Positions 37,267 to 52,900 of a DNA stretch of 64,000 nt are shown here, piece after piece. The notes under the pieces are model-generated. The model saw nothing but the letters and a program-made list of their open reading frames with translations. It was not told where the DNA came from and did not search any database. The stretch lies in contig OZ210885.1 in assembly GCA_964658305.1 (NCBI GenBank), forward strand, positions 16,368,001 to 16,432,000, written 5' to 3'. Position 1 is the first letter of the stretch. Each line of letters begins with the position of its first letter. Position numbers and translations under genes: made by a program. This DNA is from Leptogorgia sarmentosa (taxonomy: Eukaryota).

Positions 37267-40200
37267 GCTTCATTTTATTGTATGTGTGTTTGTAAATAGG
37301 TTTGCTTTCAATTTCAACTTCAGGGTTTTGTTATTGTTACACGTTTAAAAAGTGTTACTTCCATCAACAAATGTCTACGACCATACCAGTAGGAAAATAC
37401 CGATTCTCGTCTGATCACCGAAGTTAAGCCTAGGTGGGCAAAGTTAGTACTTGGATGGGTGACCACCTGGGAATACTTTGTGTTGTAGACTTCCTTCATT
37501 TTATTGTATGTGTGTTTGTAAATAAGTTTGCTTTCAATTTCAACTTCAGGGTTTTGTTATTGTTACACGTTTAAAAAGTGTAACTTCCATCAACAAATGT
37601 CTACGACCATACCAGTAGGAAAATACCGGTTCTTGTCTGATCACCGAAGTTAAGCGTAGGTGGGAAAAGTTAGTACTTGGATGGGTGACCACCTGGGAAT
37701 ACTTTGTGTTGTAGATTTGCTTCATTTTATTGTATGTGTGTTTTTAAATAGGTTTGCTTTCAATTTCAACTTCAGGGTTTTGTTATTGTTACACGTTTAA
37801 AAAGTGTAACTTCCATCAACAAATGTCTACGACCATACCAGTAGGAAAATACCGGTTCTCGTCTGATCACTGAAGTTAGGCCTAGGTAGGCAAAGTTAGT
37901 ACTTGGATGGGTGACCACCTGGGAATACTTTGTGTTGTAGACTTGCTCCATTTTATTGTATGTGTGTTTGTAAATAGGTTTGCTTTCAATGTAAACTTCA
38001 GGGATTTTGTTATTGCTACATCTGGAAATACTTTGTATTGTTGTTTTGCTAAATGTTATTTAATCCCTATTTGTAAATATAATTCCTTTCAATTTCAACT
38101 TCAGGGTTCTGTTATTGTTACACGTTTAAAAAGTGTAACTTCCATCAACAAATGCCTACGACCGTACGAGTAGGAAAATACCGGTTCTCGTCTGATCACC
38201 GAAGTTAAGCCTAGGTGGGTAAAGTTAGCAGTTGGATGGGTGACCACCTGGGAATACTTTGCGTTGTAGACTTGCTTCATTTTGTTGTATGTGTGTTTGT
38301 AAGTAGGTTTGCTTTCAATTTCAACTTCAGGGTTTTGTTATTGTTACACGTTTAAAAAGTGTAACTTCCATCAACAAATGTCTACGACCATACCAGTAGG
38401 AAAATACCGGTTCTCGTCTGATCACCGAAGTTAAGCCTAGGTGGGCAAAGTTAGTACTTGGATGGGTGACTACCTGGGAATACTTTGTGTTGTAGACTTG
38501 CTTCATTTTATTGTTTGTGTGTTTGTAAATAGGTTTGCTTTCAATTTCAACTTCAGGGTTTTGTTATTGTTACACGTTTAAAAAGTGTAACTTCCATCAA
38601 CAAATGTCTACGACCATACCAGTAGGAAAATACCGGTTCTCGTCTGATCACCGAAGTTAAGCCTAGGTGGGCAAAGTTAGTACTTGGATGGGTGACCACC
38701 TGGGAATACTTTGTGTTGTAGACTTGCTTCATTTTGTTGTATGTGTGTTTGTAAGTAGGTTTGCTTTCAATTTCAACTTCAGGGTTTTGTTATTGTTACA
38801 CGTTTAAAAAGTGTAACTTCCATCAACAAATGTCTACGACCATACCAGTAGGAAAATACCGGTTCTCGTCTGATCACCGAAGTTAAGCCTAGGTGGGCAA
38901 AGTTAGTACTTGGATGGGTGACTACCTGGGAATACTTTGTGTTGTAGACTTGCTTCATTTTATTGTATGTGTGTTTGTCAATAGGTTTGCTTTCAATTTC
39001 AACTTCAGGGTTTTGTTATTAATACACACGTTTAAAAAGTGTAACTTCCATCAACAAATGTCTACGACCATACCACTAGGAAAATACCGGTTCTCGTCTG
39101 ATCACCGAAGTTAAGCGTAGGTGGGAAAAGTTAGTACTTGGATGGGTGACCACCTGGGAATACTTTGTGTTGTAGATTTGCTTCATTTTATTGTATGTGT
39201 GTTTTTAAATAGGTTTGCTTTCATTTTCAACTTCAGGGTTTTGTTATTGTTACACGTTTAAAAAGTGTAACTTCCATCAACAAATGTCTACGACCATACC
39301 AGTAGGAAAATACCGGTTCTCGTCTGATCACTGAAGTTAGGCCTAGGTAGGCAAAGTTAGTACTTGGATGGGTGACCACCTGGGAATACTTTGTGTTGTA
39401 GACTTGCTTCATTTTATTGTATGTGTGTTTGTAAATAGGTTTGCTTTCAATGTAAACTTCAGGGATTTTGTTATTGCTACATCTGGAAATACTTTGTATT
39501 GTTGTTTTGCTAAATGTTATTTAATCCCTATTTGTAAATATAATTCCTTTCAATTTCAACTTCAGGGTTCTGTTATTGTTACACGTTTAAAAAGTGTAAC
39601 TTCCATCAACAAATGCCTACGACCGTACGAGTAGGAAAATACCGGTTCTCGTCTGATCACCGAAGTTAAGCCTAGGTGGGTAAAGTTAGCAGTTGGATGG
39701 GTGACCACCTGGGAATACTTTGCGTTGTAGACTTGCTTCATTTTGTTGTATGTGTGTTTGTAAGTAGGTTTGCTTTCAATTTCAACTTCAGGGTTTTGTT
39801 ATTGTTACACGTTTAAAAAGTGTAACTTCCATCAACAAATGTCTACGACCATACCAGTAGGAAAATACCGGTTCTCGTCTGATCACCGAAGTTAAGCCTA
39901 GGTGGGCAAAGTTAGTACTTGGATGGGTGACTACCTGGGAATACTTTGTGTTGTAGACTTGCTTCATTTTATTGTTTGTGTGTTTGTAAATAGGTTTGCT
40001 TTCAATTTCAACTTCAGGGTTTTGTTATTGTTACACGTTTAAAAAGTGTAACTTCCATCAACAAATGTCTACGACCGTACGAGTAGGAAAATAGCGGTTC
40101 TCGTCAATCACCGAAGTTAAGCCTAGGTGGGCAAAGTTAGTACTTGGATGGGTGACCACCTGGGAATACTTTGTGTTGTAGCCTTGCTTCATTTTATTGT

Positions 40201-43200
40201 ATGTGTGTTTGTAAATAGGTTTGCTTTCAATGTAAACTTCAGGGATTTTGTTATTGCTACATCTGGAAATACTTTGTATTGTTGTTTTGCTAAATGTTAT
40301 TTAATGCCTATTTGTAAATATAATTCCTTTCAATTTCAACTTCAGGGTTTTGTTATTGTTACACATTTAAAAAGTGTTACTTCCATCAACAAATGTCTAC
40401 GACGATACCAGTAGGAAAATACCGGTTCTTGTCTGATCACCGAAGTTAAGCGTAGGTGGGCAAAGTTAGTACTTGGATGGGTGACTACCTGGGAATACTT
40501 TGTGTTGTAGACTTGCTTCATTTTATTGTATGTGTGTTTGTAAATATAATTCCTTTCAATTTCAACTTCAGGGTTTTGTTATTGTTACACGTTTGAAAAG
40601 TGTAACTTCCATCAACAAATGTCTACGACCATACCAGTAGCAAAATACCGGTTCTCGTCTAATTACCGAAGTTAAGCCTAGGTGGGCAAAGTTAGTACTT
40701 GGATGGCTGACCACCTGGGAATACTTTGTGTTGTAGACTTGCTTCATTTTATTGTATGTGTGTTTGTAAATAGGTTTGCTTTCAATTTCAACTTCAGGGT
40801 TTTGTTATTGTTACACGTTTAAAAAGTGTTACTTCCATCAACAAATGTCTACGACCATACCAGTAGGAAAATACCGATTCTCGTCTGATCACCGAAGTTA
40901 AGCCTAGGTGGGCAAAGTTAGTACTTGGATGGGTGACCACCTGGGAATACTTTGTGTTGTAGACTTCCTTCATTTTATTGTATGTGTGTTTGTAAATAGG
41001 TTTGCTTTCAATTTCAACTTCAGGGTTTTGTTATTGTTACACGTTTAAAAAGTGTAACTTCCATCAACAAATGTCTACGACCATACCAGTAGGAAAATAC
41101 CGGTTCTTGTCTGATCACCGAAGTTAAGCGTAGGTGGGAAAAGTTAGTACTTGGATGGGTGACCACCTGGGAATACTTTGTGTTGTAGATTTGCTTCATT
41201 TTATTGTATGTGTGTTTTTAAATAGGTTTGCTTTCAATTTCAACTTCAGGGTTTTGTTATTGTTACACGTTTAAAAAGTGTAACTTCCATCAACAAATGT
41301 CTACGACCATACCAGTAGGAAAATACCGGTTCTCGTCTGATCACTGAAGTTAGGCCTAGGTAGGCAAAGTTAGTACTTGGATGGGTGACCACCTGGGAAT
41401 ACTTTGTGTTGTAGACTTGCTCCATTTTATTGTATGTGTGTTTGTAAATAGGTTTGCTTTCAATGTAAACTTCAGGGATTTTGTTATTGCTACATCTGGA
41501 AATACTTTGTATTGTTGTTTTGCTAAATGTTATTTAATCCCTATTTGTAAATATAATTCCTTTCAATTTCAACTTCAGGGTTCTGTTATTGTTACACGTT
41601 TAAAAAGTGTAACTTCCATCAACAAATGCCTACGACCGTACGAGTAGGAAAATACCGGTTCTCGTCTGATCACCGAAGTTAAGCCTAGGTGGGTAAAGTT
41701 AGCAGTTGGATGGGTGACCACCTGGGAATACTTTGCGTTGTAGACTTGCTTCATTATGTTGTATGTGTGTTTGTAAGTAGGTTTGCTTTCAATTTCAACT
41801 TCAGGGTTTTGTTATTGTTACACGTTTAAAAAGTGTAACTTCCATCAACAAATGTCTACGACCATACCAGTAGGAAAATACCGGTTCTCGTCTGATCACC
41901 GAAGTTAAGCCTAGGTGGGCAAAGTTAGTACTTGGATGGGTGACTACCTGGGAATACTTTGTGTTGTAGACTTGCTTCATTTTATTGTTTGTGTGTTTGT
42001 AAATAGGTTTGCTTTCAATTTCAACTTCAGGGTTTTGTTATTGTTACACGTTTAAAAAGTGTAACTTCCATCAACAAATGTCTACGACCATACCAGTAGG
42101 AAAATACCGGTTCTCGTCTGATCACCGAAGTTAAGCCTAGGTGGGCAAAGTTAGTACTTGGATGGGTGACCACCTGGGAATACTTTGTGTTGTAGACTTG
42201 CTTCATTTTGTTGTATGTGTGTTTGTAAGTAGGTTTGCTTTCAATTTCAACTTCAGGGTTTTGTTATTGTTACACGTTTAAAAAGTGTAACTTCCATCAA
42301 CAAATGTCTACGACCATACCAGTAGGAAAATACCGGTTCTCGTCTGATCACCGAAGTTAAGCCTAGGTGGGCAAAGTTAGTACTTGGATGGGTGACTACC
42401 TGGGAATACTTTGTGTTGTAGACTTGCTTCATTTTATTGTATGTGTGTTTGTAAATAGGTTTGCTTTCAATTTCAACTTCAGGGTTTTGTTATTAATACA
42501 CACGTTTAAAAAGTGTAACTTCCATCAACAAATGTCTACAACCATACCAGTAGGAAAATACCGGTTCTCGTCTGATCACCGAAGTTAGGCCTAGGTGGGA
42601 AAAGTTAGTACTTGGATGGGTGACCACCTGGGAATACTTTGTGTTGTAGACTTGCTTCATTTTATTGTATGTGTGTTTGTAAATATAATTTCTTTCAATT
42701 TCAACTTCAGGGTTTTGTTATTGTTACACGTTTGAAAAGTGTAACTTCCATCAACAAATGTCTACGACCATACCAGTAGCAAAATACCGGTTCTCGTCTA
42801 ATTACCGAAGTTAAGCCTAGGTGGGCAAAGTTAGTACTTGGATAGCTGACCACCTGGGAATACTTTGTGTTGTAGACTTGCTTCATTTTATTGTATGTGT
42901 GTTTGTAAATAGGTTTGCTTTCAATTTCAACTTCAGGGTTTTGTTATTGTTACACGTTTAAAAAGTGTTACTTCCATCAACAAATGTCTACGACCATACC
43001 AGTAGGAAAATACCGATTCTCGTCTGATCACCGAAGTTAAGCCTAGGTGGGCAAAGTTAGTACTTGGATGGGTGACCACCTGGGAATACTTTGTGTTGTA
43101 GACTTCCTTCATTTTATTGTATGTGTGTTTGTAAATAAGTTTGCTTTCAATTTCAACTTCAGGGTTTTGTTATTGTTACACGTTTAAAAAGTGTAACTTC

Positions 43201-46200
43201 CATCAACAAATGTCTACGACCATACCAGTAGGAAAATACCGGTTCTTGTCTGATCACCGAAGTTAAGCGTAGGTGGGAAAAGTTAGTACTTGGATGGGTG
43301 ACCACCTGGGAATACTTTGTGTTGTAGATTTGCTTCATTTTATTGTATGTGTGTTTTTAAATAGGTTTGCTTTCAATTTCAACTTCAGGGTTTTGTTATT
43401 GTTACACGTTTAAAAAGTGTAACTTCCATCAACAAATGTCTACGACCATACCAGTAGGAAAATACCGGTTCTCGTCTGATCACTGAAGTTAGGCCTAGGT
43501 AGGCAAAGTTAGTACTTGGATGGGTGACCACCTGGGAATACTTTGTGTTGTAGACTTGCTCCATTTTATTGTATGTGTGTTTGTAAATAGGTTTGCTTTC
43601 AATGTAAACTTCAGGGATTTTGTTATTGCTACATCTGGAAATACTTTGTATTGTTGTTTTGCTAAATGTTATTTAATCCCTATTTGTAAATATAATTCCT
43701 TTCAATTTCAACTTCAGGGTTCTGTTATTGTTACACGTTTAAAAAGTGTAACTTCCATCAACAAATGCCTACGACCGTACGAGTAGGAAAATACCGGTTC
43801 TCGTCTGATCACCGAAGTTAAGCCTAGGTGGGTAAAGTTAGCAGTTGGATGGGTGACCACCTGGGAATACTTTGCGTTGTAGACTTGCTTCATTTTGTTG
43901 TATGTGTGTTTGTAAGTAGGTTTGCTTTCAATTTCAACTTCAGGGTTTTGTTATTGTTACACGTTTAAAAAGTGTAACTTCCATCAACAAATGTCTACGA
44001 CCATACCAGTAGGAAAATACCGGTTCTCGTCTGATCACCGAAGTTAAGCCTAGGTGGGGAAAGTTAGTACTTGGATGGGTGACTACCTGGGAATACTTTG
44101 TGTTGTAGACTTGCTTCATTTTATTGTTTGTGTGTTTGTAAATAGGTTTGCTTTCAATTTCAACTTCAGGGTTTTGTTATTGTTACACGTTTAAAAAGTG
44201 TAACTTCCATCAACAAATGTCTACGACCATACCAGTAGGAAAATACCGGTTCTCGTCTGATCACCGAAGTTAAGCCTAGGTGGGCAAAGTTAGTACTTGG
44301 ATGGGTGACCACCTGGGAATACTTTGTGTTGTAGACTTGCTTCATTTTGTTGTATGTGTGTTTGTAAGTAGGTTTGCTTTCAATTTCAACTTCAGGGTTT
44401 TGTTATTGTTACACGTTTAAAAAGTGTAACTTCCATCAACAAATGTCTACGACCATACCAGTAGGAAAATACCGGTTCTCGTCTGATCACCGAAGTTAAG
44501 CCTAGGTGGGCAAAGTTAGTACTTGGATGGGTGACTACCTGGGAATACTTTGTGTTGTAGACTTGCTTCATTTTATTGTATGTGTGTTTGTCAATAGGTT
44601 TGCTTTCAATTTCAACTTCAGGGTTTTGTTATTAATACACACGTTTAAAAAGTGTAACTTCCATCAACAAATGTCTACGACCATACCAGTAGGAAAATAC
44701 CGGTTCTCGTCTGATCACCGAAGTTAAGCGTAGGTGGGAAAAGTTAGTACTTGGATGGGTGACCACCTGGGAATACTTTGTGTTGTAGATTTGCTTCATT
44801 TTATTGTATGTGTGTTTTTAAATAGGTTTGCTTTCATTTTCAACTTCAGGGTTTTGTTATTGTTACACGTTTAAAAAGTGTAACTTCCATCAACAAATGT
44901 CTACGACCATACCAGTAGGAAAATACCGGTTCTCGTCTGATCACTGAAGTTAGGCCTAGGTAGGCAAAGTTAGTACTTGGATGGGTGACCACCTGGGAAT
45001 ACTTTGTGTTGTAGACTTGCTTCATTTTATTGTATGTGTGTTTGTAAATAGGTTTGCTTTCAATGTAAACTTCAGGGATTTTGTTATTGCTACATCTGGA
45101 AATACTTTGTATTGTTGTTTTGCTAAATGTTATTTAATCCCTATTTGTAAATATAATTCCTTTCAATTTCAACTTCAGGGTTCTGTTATTGTTACACGTT
45201 TAAAAAGTGTAACTTCCATCAACAAATGCCTACGACCGTACGAGTAGGAAAATACCGGTTCTCGTCTGATCACCGAAGTTAAGCCTAGGTGGGTAAAGTT
45301 AGCAGTTGGATGGGTGACCACCTGGGAATACTTTGCGTTGTAGACTTGCTTCATTTTGTTGTATGTGTGTTTGTAAGTAGGTTTGCTTTCAATTTCAACT
45401 TCAGGGTTTTGTTATTGTTACACGTTTAAAAAGTGTAACTTCCATCAACAAATCTCTACGACCATACCAGTAGGAAAATACCGGTTCTCGTCTGATCACC
45501 GAAGTTAAGCCTAGGTGGGCAAAGTTAGTACTTGGATGGGTGACTACCTGGGAATACTTTGTGTTGTAGACTTGCTTCATTTTATTGTTTGTGTGTTTGT
45601 AAATAGGTTTGCTTTCAATTTCAACTTCAGGGTTTTGTTATTGTTACACGTTTAAAAAGTGTAACTTCCATCAACAAATGTCTACGACCGTACGAGTAGG
45701 AAAATAGCGGTTCTCGTCAATCACCGAAGTTAAGCCTAGGTGGGCAAAGTTAGTAGTTGGATGGGTGACCACCTGGGAATACTTTGTGTTGTAGCCTTGC
45801 TTCATTTTATTGTATGTGTGTTTGTAAATAGGTTTGCTTTCAATGTAAACTTCAGGGATTTTGTTATTGCTACATCTGGAAATACTTTGTATTGTTGTTT
45901 TGCTAAATGTTATTTAATGCCTATTTGTAAATATAATTCCTTTCAATTTCAACTTCAGGGTTTTGTTATTGTTACACGTTTAAAAAGTGTAACTTCCATC
46001 AACAAATGTCTACGACCATACCAGTAGGAAAATACCGGTTCTCGTCTGATCACCGAAGTTAAGCCTAGGTGGGCAAAGTTAGTACTTGGATGGGTGACCA
46101 CCTGGGAATACTTTGTGTTGTAGACTTGCTTCATTTTGTTGTATGTGTGTTTGTAAGTAGGTTTGCTTTCAATTTCAACTTCAGGGTTTTGTTATTGTTA

Positions 46201-49093
46201 CACGTTTAAAAAGTGTAACTTCCATCAACAAATGTCTACGACCATACCAGTAGGAAAATACCGGTTCTCGTCTGATCACCGAAGTTAAGCCTAGGTGGGC
46301 AAAGTTAGTACTTGGATGGGTGACTACCTGGGAATACTTTGTGTTGTAGACTTGCTTCATTTTATTGTATGTGTGTTTGTAAATAGGTTTGCTTTCAATT
46401 TCAACTTCAGGGTTTTGTTATTGTTACACATTTAAAAAGTGTAACTTCCATCAACAAATGTCTACGACCATACCAGTAGGAAAATACCGGTTCTCGTCTG
46501 ATCACCGAAGTTAAGCCTAGGTGGGCAAAGTTAGTACTTGGATGGGTGACCACCTGGGAATACTTTGTGTTGTAGACTTGCTTCGTTTTATTGTATGTGT
46601 GTTCGTAAATAGGTTTGCTTTCAATGTAAACTTCAGGGATTTTGTTATTGCTACATCTGGAAATACTTTGTATTGTTGTTTTCCTAAATGTTATTTAATC
46701 CCTATTTGTAAATATAATTCCTTTCAATTTCAACTTCAGGGTTTTGTTATTGTTACACATTTAAAAAGTGTAACTTGCATCAACAAATGTCTACGACCGT
46801 ACGAGTAGGAAAATACCGGTTCTCGTCTGATCACCGAAGTTAAGCCTAGGTGGGCAAAGTTAGTACTTGGATGGGTGACCACCTGGGAATACTTTGTGTT
46901 GTAGACTTACTTCATTTTATTGCATGTGTGTTTGTAAATAGGTTTGCTTTCAATGTAAACTTCAGGGATTTTGTTATTGCTACATCTGGAAATACTTTGT
47001 ATTGTTGTTTTGCTAAATGTTATTTAATGCCTATTTGTAAATATAATTCCTTTCAACTTCAACTTCAGGGTTTTGTTATTGTTACACGTTTAAAAAGTGT
47101 AACTTCCATCAACAAGTGTCTACAACCATACCAGTAGGAAAATACCGATTCTCGTCTGATCACCGAAGTTAAGCCTAGGTGGGCAAAGTTAGTAGTTGGA
47201 TGGGTGACCACCTGGGAATACTTTGTGTTGTAGACTTGCTTCATTTTGTTGTATGTGTGTTTGTAAGTAGGTTTGCTTTCAATTTCAACTTCAGGGTTTT
47301 GTTATTGTTACACGTTTAAAAAGTGTAACTTCCATCAATAAATGTCTACGACCATACCAGTAGGAAAATACCGGTTCTCGTCTGATCACCGAAGTTAGGC
47401 CTAGGTGGGAAAAGTTAGTACTTGGATGGGTGACCACCTGGGAATACTTTGTGTTGTAGACTTGCTTCATTTTATTGTATGTGTGTTTGTAAATAGGTTT
47501 GCTTTCAATTTCAACTTCAGGGATTTTGTTATTGCTACATCTGGAAATATTTTGTATTGTTGTTTTGCTAAATGTTATTTAATGCCTATTTGTAAATATA
47601 ATTCCTTTCAACTTCAACTTCAGGGTTTTATTATTGTTACACGTTTAAAAAGTGTAACTTCCATCAACAAGTGTCTACGACCATACCAGTAGGAAAATAC
47701 CGGTTCTCGTCTGATCACCGAAGTTAAGCCTAGGTGGGAAAAGTTAGTACTTGGATGGGTGACCACCTGGGAATACTTTGTGTTGTAGACTTGCTTCATT
47801 TTATTGTATGTGTGTTTGTAAATAGGTTTGCTTTCAATTTCAACTTCAGGGTTTTGTTATTGTTACATCTGGAAATACTTTGTATTGTTGTTTTGCTAAA
47901 TGTTATTTAATCCCTATTTGTAAATATAATTCCTTTCAATTTCAACTTCAGGGTTTTGTTATTGTTACACGTTTAAAAAGTGTAACTTCCATCAACAAAT
48001 GCCTACGACCGTACGAGTAGGAAAATACCGGTTCTCGTCTGATCACCGAAGTTAAGCCTAGGTGGGTAAAGTTAGTAGTTGGATGGGTGACCACCTGGGA
48101 ATACTTTGCGTTGTAGACTTGCTTCATTTTGTTGTATGTGTGTTTGTAAGTAGGTTTGCTTTCAATTTCAACTTCAGGGTTTTGTTATTGTTACATGTTT
48201 AAAAAGTGTAACTTCCATCAACAAATGTCTACGACCATACCAGTAGGAAAATACCGGTTCTCGTCTGATCACCGAAGTTAAGCCTAGGTGGGCAAAGTTA
48301 GTACTTGGATGGGTGACTACCTGGGAATACTTTGTGTTGTAGACTTGCTTCATTTTATTGTTTGTGTGTTTGTAAATAGGTTTGCTTTTAATTTCAACTT
48401 CAGGGTTTTGTTATTGTTACACGTTTAAAAATTGTAACTTCCATCAACAAATGTCTACGACCATACCAGTAGGAAAATACCGGTTCTCGTCTGATCACCG
48501 AAGTTAAGCCTAGGTGGGAAAAGTTAGTACTTGGATGGGTGACCACCTGGGAATACTTTGTGTTGTAGACTTGATTGATTTTATTGTATGTGTGTTTGTA
48601 AATAGGTTTGCTTTCAATTTCAACTTCAGGGTTTTGTTATTGTTACACGTTTAAAAAGTGTAACTTCCATCAACAAATGTCTACGACCATACCAGTAGGA
48701 AAATACCGGTTATCGTCTGATCACCGAAGTTAAGCCTAGGTGGGCAAAGTTAGTACTTGGATGGGTGACCACCTGGGAATACTTTGTGTTGTAGACTTGC
48801 TTCATTTTGTTGTATGTGTGTTTGTAAGTAGGTTTGCTTTCAATTTCATCTTCAGGGTTTTGTTATTGTTACACGTTTAAAAAGTGTAACTTCCATCAAC
48901 AAATGTCTACGACCATACCAGTAGGAAAATACCGGTTCTCGTCTGATCACCGAAGTTAAGCCTAGGTGGGCAAAGTTAGTACTTGGATGGGTGACTACCT
49001 GGGAATACTTTGTGTTGTAGACTTGCTTCATTTTATTGTATGTGTGTTTGTAAATAGGTTTGCTTTCAATTTCAACTTCAGGGTTTTGTTATT

Positions 49094-49929
49094 AGTGAGT
49101 TTGGGAAAAGGCGACGGCAACGCGAAAATGGAGCGCGGAGGCCTGGGTACGACAACGTCGATTGGTGCGCATGCCGTCGTAAAAAAATTTGTTTGGGAAT
49201 TTCAGAACGGCAACGTTAAAATTTTCGGCGAGAAAAATAAATGGCTTCCGTGGAAGAAACAATTGGTGCGCTCTGTTTAGCATATTAATGTGAAGTTTAT
49301 TTCTGTGTTCGAGTTTAAATTCGACATGCTTTTTTTCCAAACAGCGCCAATCTCGCGAGATCCTTTAGGAAAATCGAACGGCCTTTCTGCCAGCATTTCT
49401 TTTACAAGTTCCAGGTCGTGTTGTGGTGTCCATTTCACGGCCACATTCGCTTTCCTTTACAATATAAAAAGAATTAACATAAACAAATTATTTAAATGTG
49501 TGAACAGATGTTAAAGTTATTTAAAAACTTTGAAAAAAATAAATACAAAGATCACAATCAGTTCGTATAATAAACACAAACGTGTAACCGTAGCCAATAG
49601 CGCAATACAAATTGTTTACAATATGTCAAGCAATATGTCAAGCGAACAATATGTTCAGAAATTACTGTTTATAATAACTACTAGGATAGCATGAAGCGAT
49701 ACTTATCATTATTAGCAGTTATAAAAGCAATACTTACTTATTTTCGGCCATTTTTCTTTCCAAAACAGAGCAGAAATACAGAAGTTGTCTTGACAACGTG
49801 AAATAGAGCGAAATGCCGTTCTGAACGCGCCGTCAAATAAAAGACAACGTGAAATTGTTTGTAGTGCCAGTCTTTTTGCTCGGCCAATGCCGTTGCCGTC
49901 GCCTTCGCGTTGTGTTTCCCAAACTCACT
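49094..49929. mobile_element. Non-autonomous PIF/Harbinger-like TIR element, copy 2
   Basis: Same TIRs, TSD and flanks as copy 1. One difference seen (AAACATCGCC>AAACAGCGCC). Confidence 0.93.
49277..49751 (-). pseudogene. Truncated spliced Myb/SANT-like gene, copy 2
   Basis: As copy 1 (offset +14838), with D42A. Confidence 0.68.
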
Positions 49930-52900
49930 ATTAATACACACGTTTAAAAAGTGTAACTTCCATCAACAAATGTCTACAACCATACCAGTAGGAAAATACC
50001 GGTTCTCGTCTGATCACCGAAGTTAGGCCTAGGTGGGAAAAGTTAGTACTTGGATGGGTGATCACCTGGGAATACTTTGTGTTGTAGACTTGCTTCATTT
50101 TATTGTATGTGTGTTTGTAAATAGGTTTGCTTTCAATTTCAACTTCAGGGTTTTGTTATTGTTACACGTTTAAAAAGTGTAACTTCCATCAACAAATGTC
50201 TACCACCATACCAGTAGGAAAATACCGGTTCTCGTCTGATCACCGAAGTAAAGCCTAGGTGGGCAAAGTTAGTACTTGGATGGGTGACCACCTGGGAATA
50301 CTTTGTGTTGTAGACTTGCTTCATTTTATTGTATGTGTGTTTGTAAGTAGGTTTGCTTTCAATTTCAACTTCAGGGTTTTGTTATTGTTACACGTTTAAA
50401 AAGTGTAAGTTCCATCAACAAATGTCTACGACCATACCAGTAGGAAAATACCGGTTCTCGTCTGATCACCGAAGTTAAGCCTAGGTGGGAAAAGTTAGTA
50501 CTTGGATGGGTGACCACCTGGGAATACTTTGTGTTGTAGACTTGCTTCATTTTATTGTATGTGTGTTTGTAAATAGGTTTGCTTTCAATTTCAACTTCAG
50601 GGTTTTGTTATTGTTACACGTTTAAAAAGTGTAACTTCCATCAACAAATGTCTACGACCATACCAGTAGGAAAATACCGGTTCTCGTCTGATCACCGAAG
50701 TTAAGCCTAGGTGGGCAAAGTTAGTACTTGGATGGGTGACCACCTGGGAATACTTTGTGTTGTAGACTTGCTTCATTTTATTGTATGTGTGTTTGTAAAT
50801 AGGTTTGCTTTCAATGTAAACTTCAGGGATTTTGTTATTGCTACATCTGGAAATACTTTGTATTGTTGTTTTGCTAAATTTTATTTAATGCCTATTTGTA
50901 AATATAATTCCTTTCAATTTCAACTTCAGGGTTTTGTTATTGTTACACGTTTAAAAAGTGTAACTTCCATTAACAAATGTCTACGACCATACCAGTAGGA
51001 AAATATCGGTTCTCGTCTGATCACCGAAGTTAAGCCTAGGTGGGCAAAGTTAGTACTTGGATGGGTGACTACCTAGGAATACTTTGTGTTGTAGACTTGC
51101 TTCATTTTATTGTATGTGTGTTTGTAAATAGGTTTGCTTTCAATTTCAACTTCAGGGTTTTGTTATTGTTACACGTTTAAAAAGTGTAACTTCCATCAAC
51201 AAATGTCTACAACCATACCAGTAGGAAAATACCGGTTCTCGTCTGATCACCGAAGTTAGGCCTAGGTGGGAAAAGTTAGTACTTGGATGGGTGACCACCT
51301 GGGAATACTTTGTGTTGTAGACTTGCTTCATTTTATTGTATGTGTGTTTGTAAATAGGTTTGCTTTCAATTTCAACTTCAGGGTTTTGTTATTGTTACAC
51401 GTTTAAAAAGTGTAACTTCCATCAACAAATGTCTACCACCATACCAGTAGGAAAATACCGGTTCTCGTCTGATCACCAAAGTTAAGCCTAGGTGGGCAAA
51501 GTTAGTACTTGGATGGGTGACTACCTGGGAATACTTTGTGTTGTAGACTTGCTTCATTTTATTGTATGTGTGTTTGTAAATAGGTTTGCTTTCAATTTCA
51601 ACTTCAGGGTTTTGTTATTGTTACACGTTTAAAAAGTGTAACTTCCATCAACAAATGTCTACAACCATACCAGTAGGAAAATACCGGTTCTCGTCTGATC
51701 ACCGAAGTTAGGCCTAGGTGGGAAAAGTTAGTACTTGGATGGGTGACCACCTGGGAATACTTTGTGTTGTAGACTTGCTTCATTTTATTGTATGTGTGTT
51801 TGTAAATAGGTTTGCTTTCAATTTCAACTTCAGGGTTTTGTTATTGTTACACGTTTAAAAAGTGTAACTTCCATCAACAAATGTCTACGACCATACCAGT
51901 AGGAAAATACCGGTTCTCGTCTGATCACCGAAGTTAGGCCTAGGTGGGAAAAGTTTGTACTTGGATGGGTGACCACCTGGGAATACTTTGTGTTGTAGAC
52001 TTGCTTCATTTTATTGTATGTGTGTTTGTAAATAGGTTTGCTTTCAATTTCAACTTCAGGGTTTTGTTATTGTTACACGTTTAAAAAGTGTAACTTCCAT
52101 CAACAAATGTCTACGACCATACCAGTAGGAAAATACCGGTTCTCGTCTGATCACCGAAGTTAAGCCTAGGTGGGCAAAGTTAGTACTTGGATGGGTGACC
52201 ACCTGGGAATACTTTGTGTTGTAGACTTGCTTCATTTTATTGTATGTGTGTTTGTAAATAGGTTTGCTTTCAATTTCACCTTCAGGGTTTTGTTATTGTT
52301 ACACGTTTAAAAAGTGTAACTTCCATCAACAAATGTCTACGACCATACCAGTAGGAAAATACCGGTTCTCGTCTGATCACCGAACTTAAGCCTAGGTGGG
52401 AACAGTTAGTACTTGGATGGGTGACCACCTGGGAATACTTTGTGTTGTAGACTTGCTTCATTTTATTGTATGTGTGTTTGTAAATAGGTTTGCTTTCAAT
52501 TTCAACTTCAGGGTTTTGTTATTGTTACACATTTAAAAAGTGTAACTTCCATCAACAAATGTCTACGACCATACCAGTAGGAAAATACCGGTTCTCGTCT
52601 GATCACCGAAGTTAAGCCTAGGTGGGCAAAGTTAGTACTTGGATGGGTGACCACCTGGGAATACTTTGTGTTGTAGACTTGCTTCGTTTTATTGTATGTG
52701 TGTTCGTAAATAGGTTTGCTTTCAATGTAAACTTCAGGGATTTTGTTATTGCTACATCTGGAAATACTTTGTATTGTTGTTTTCCTAAATGTTATTTAAT
52801 CCCTATTTGTAAATATAATTCCTTTCAATTTCAACTTCAGGGTTTTGTTATTGTTACACATTTAAAAAGTGTAACTTGCATCAACAAATGTCTACGACCG

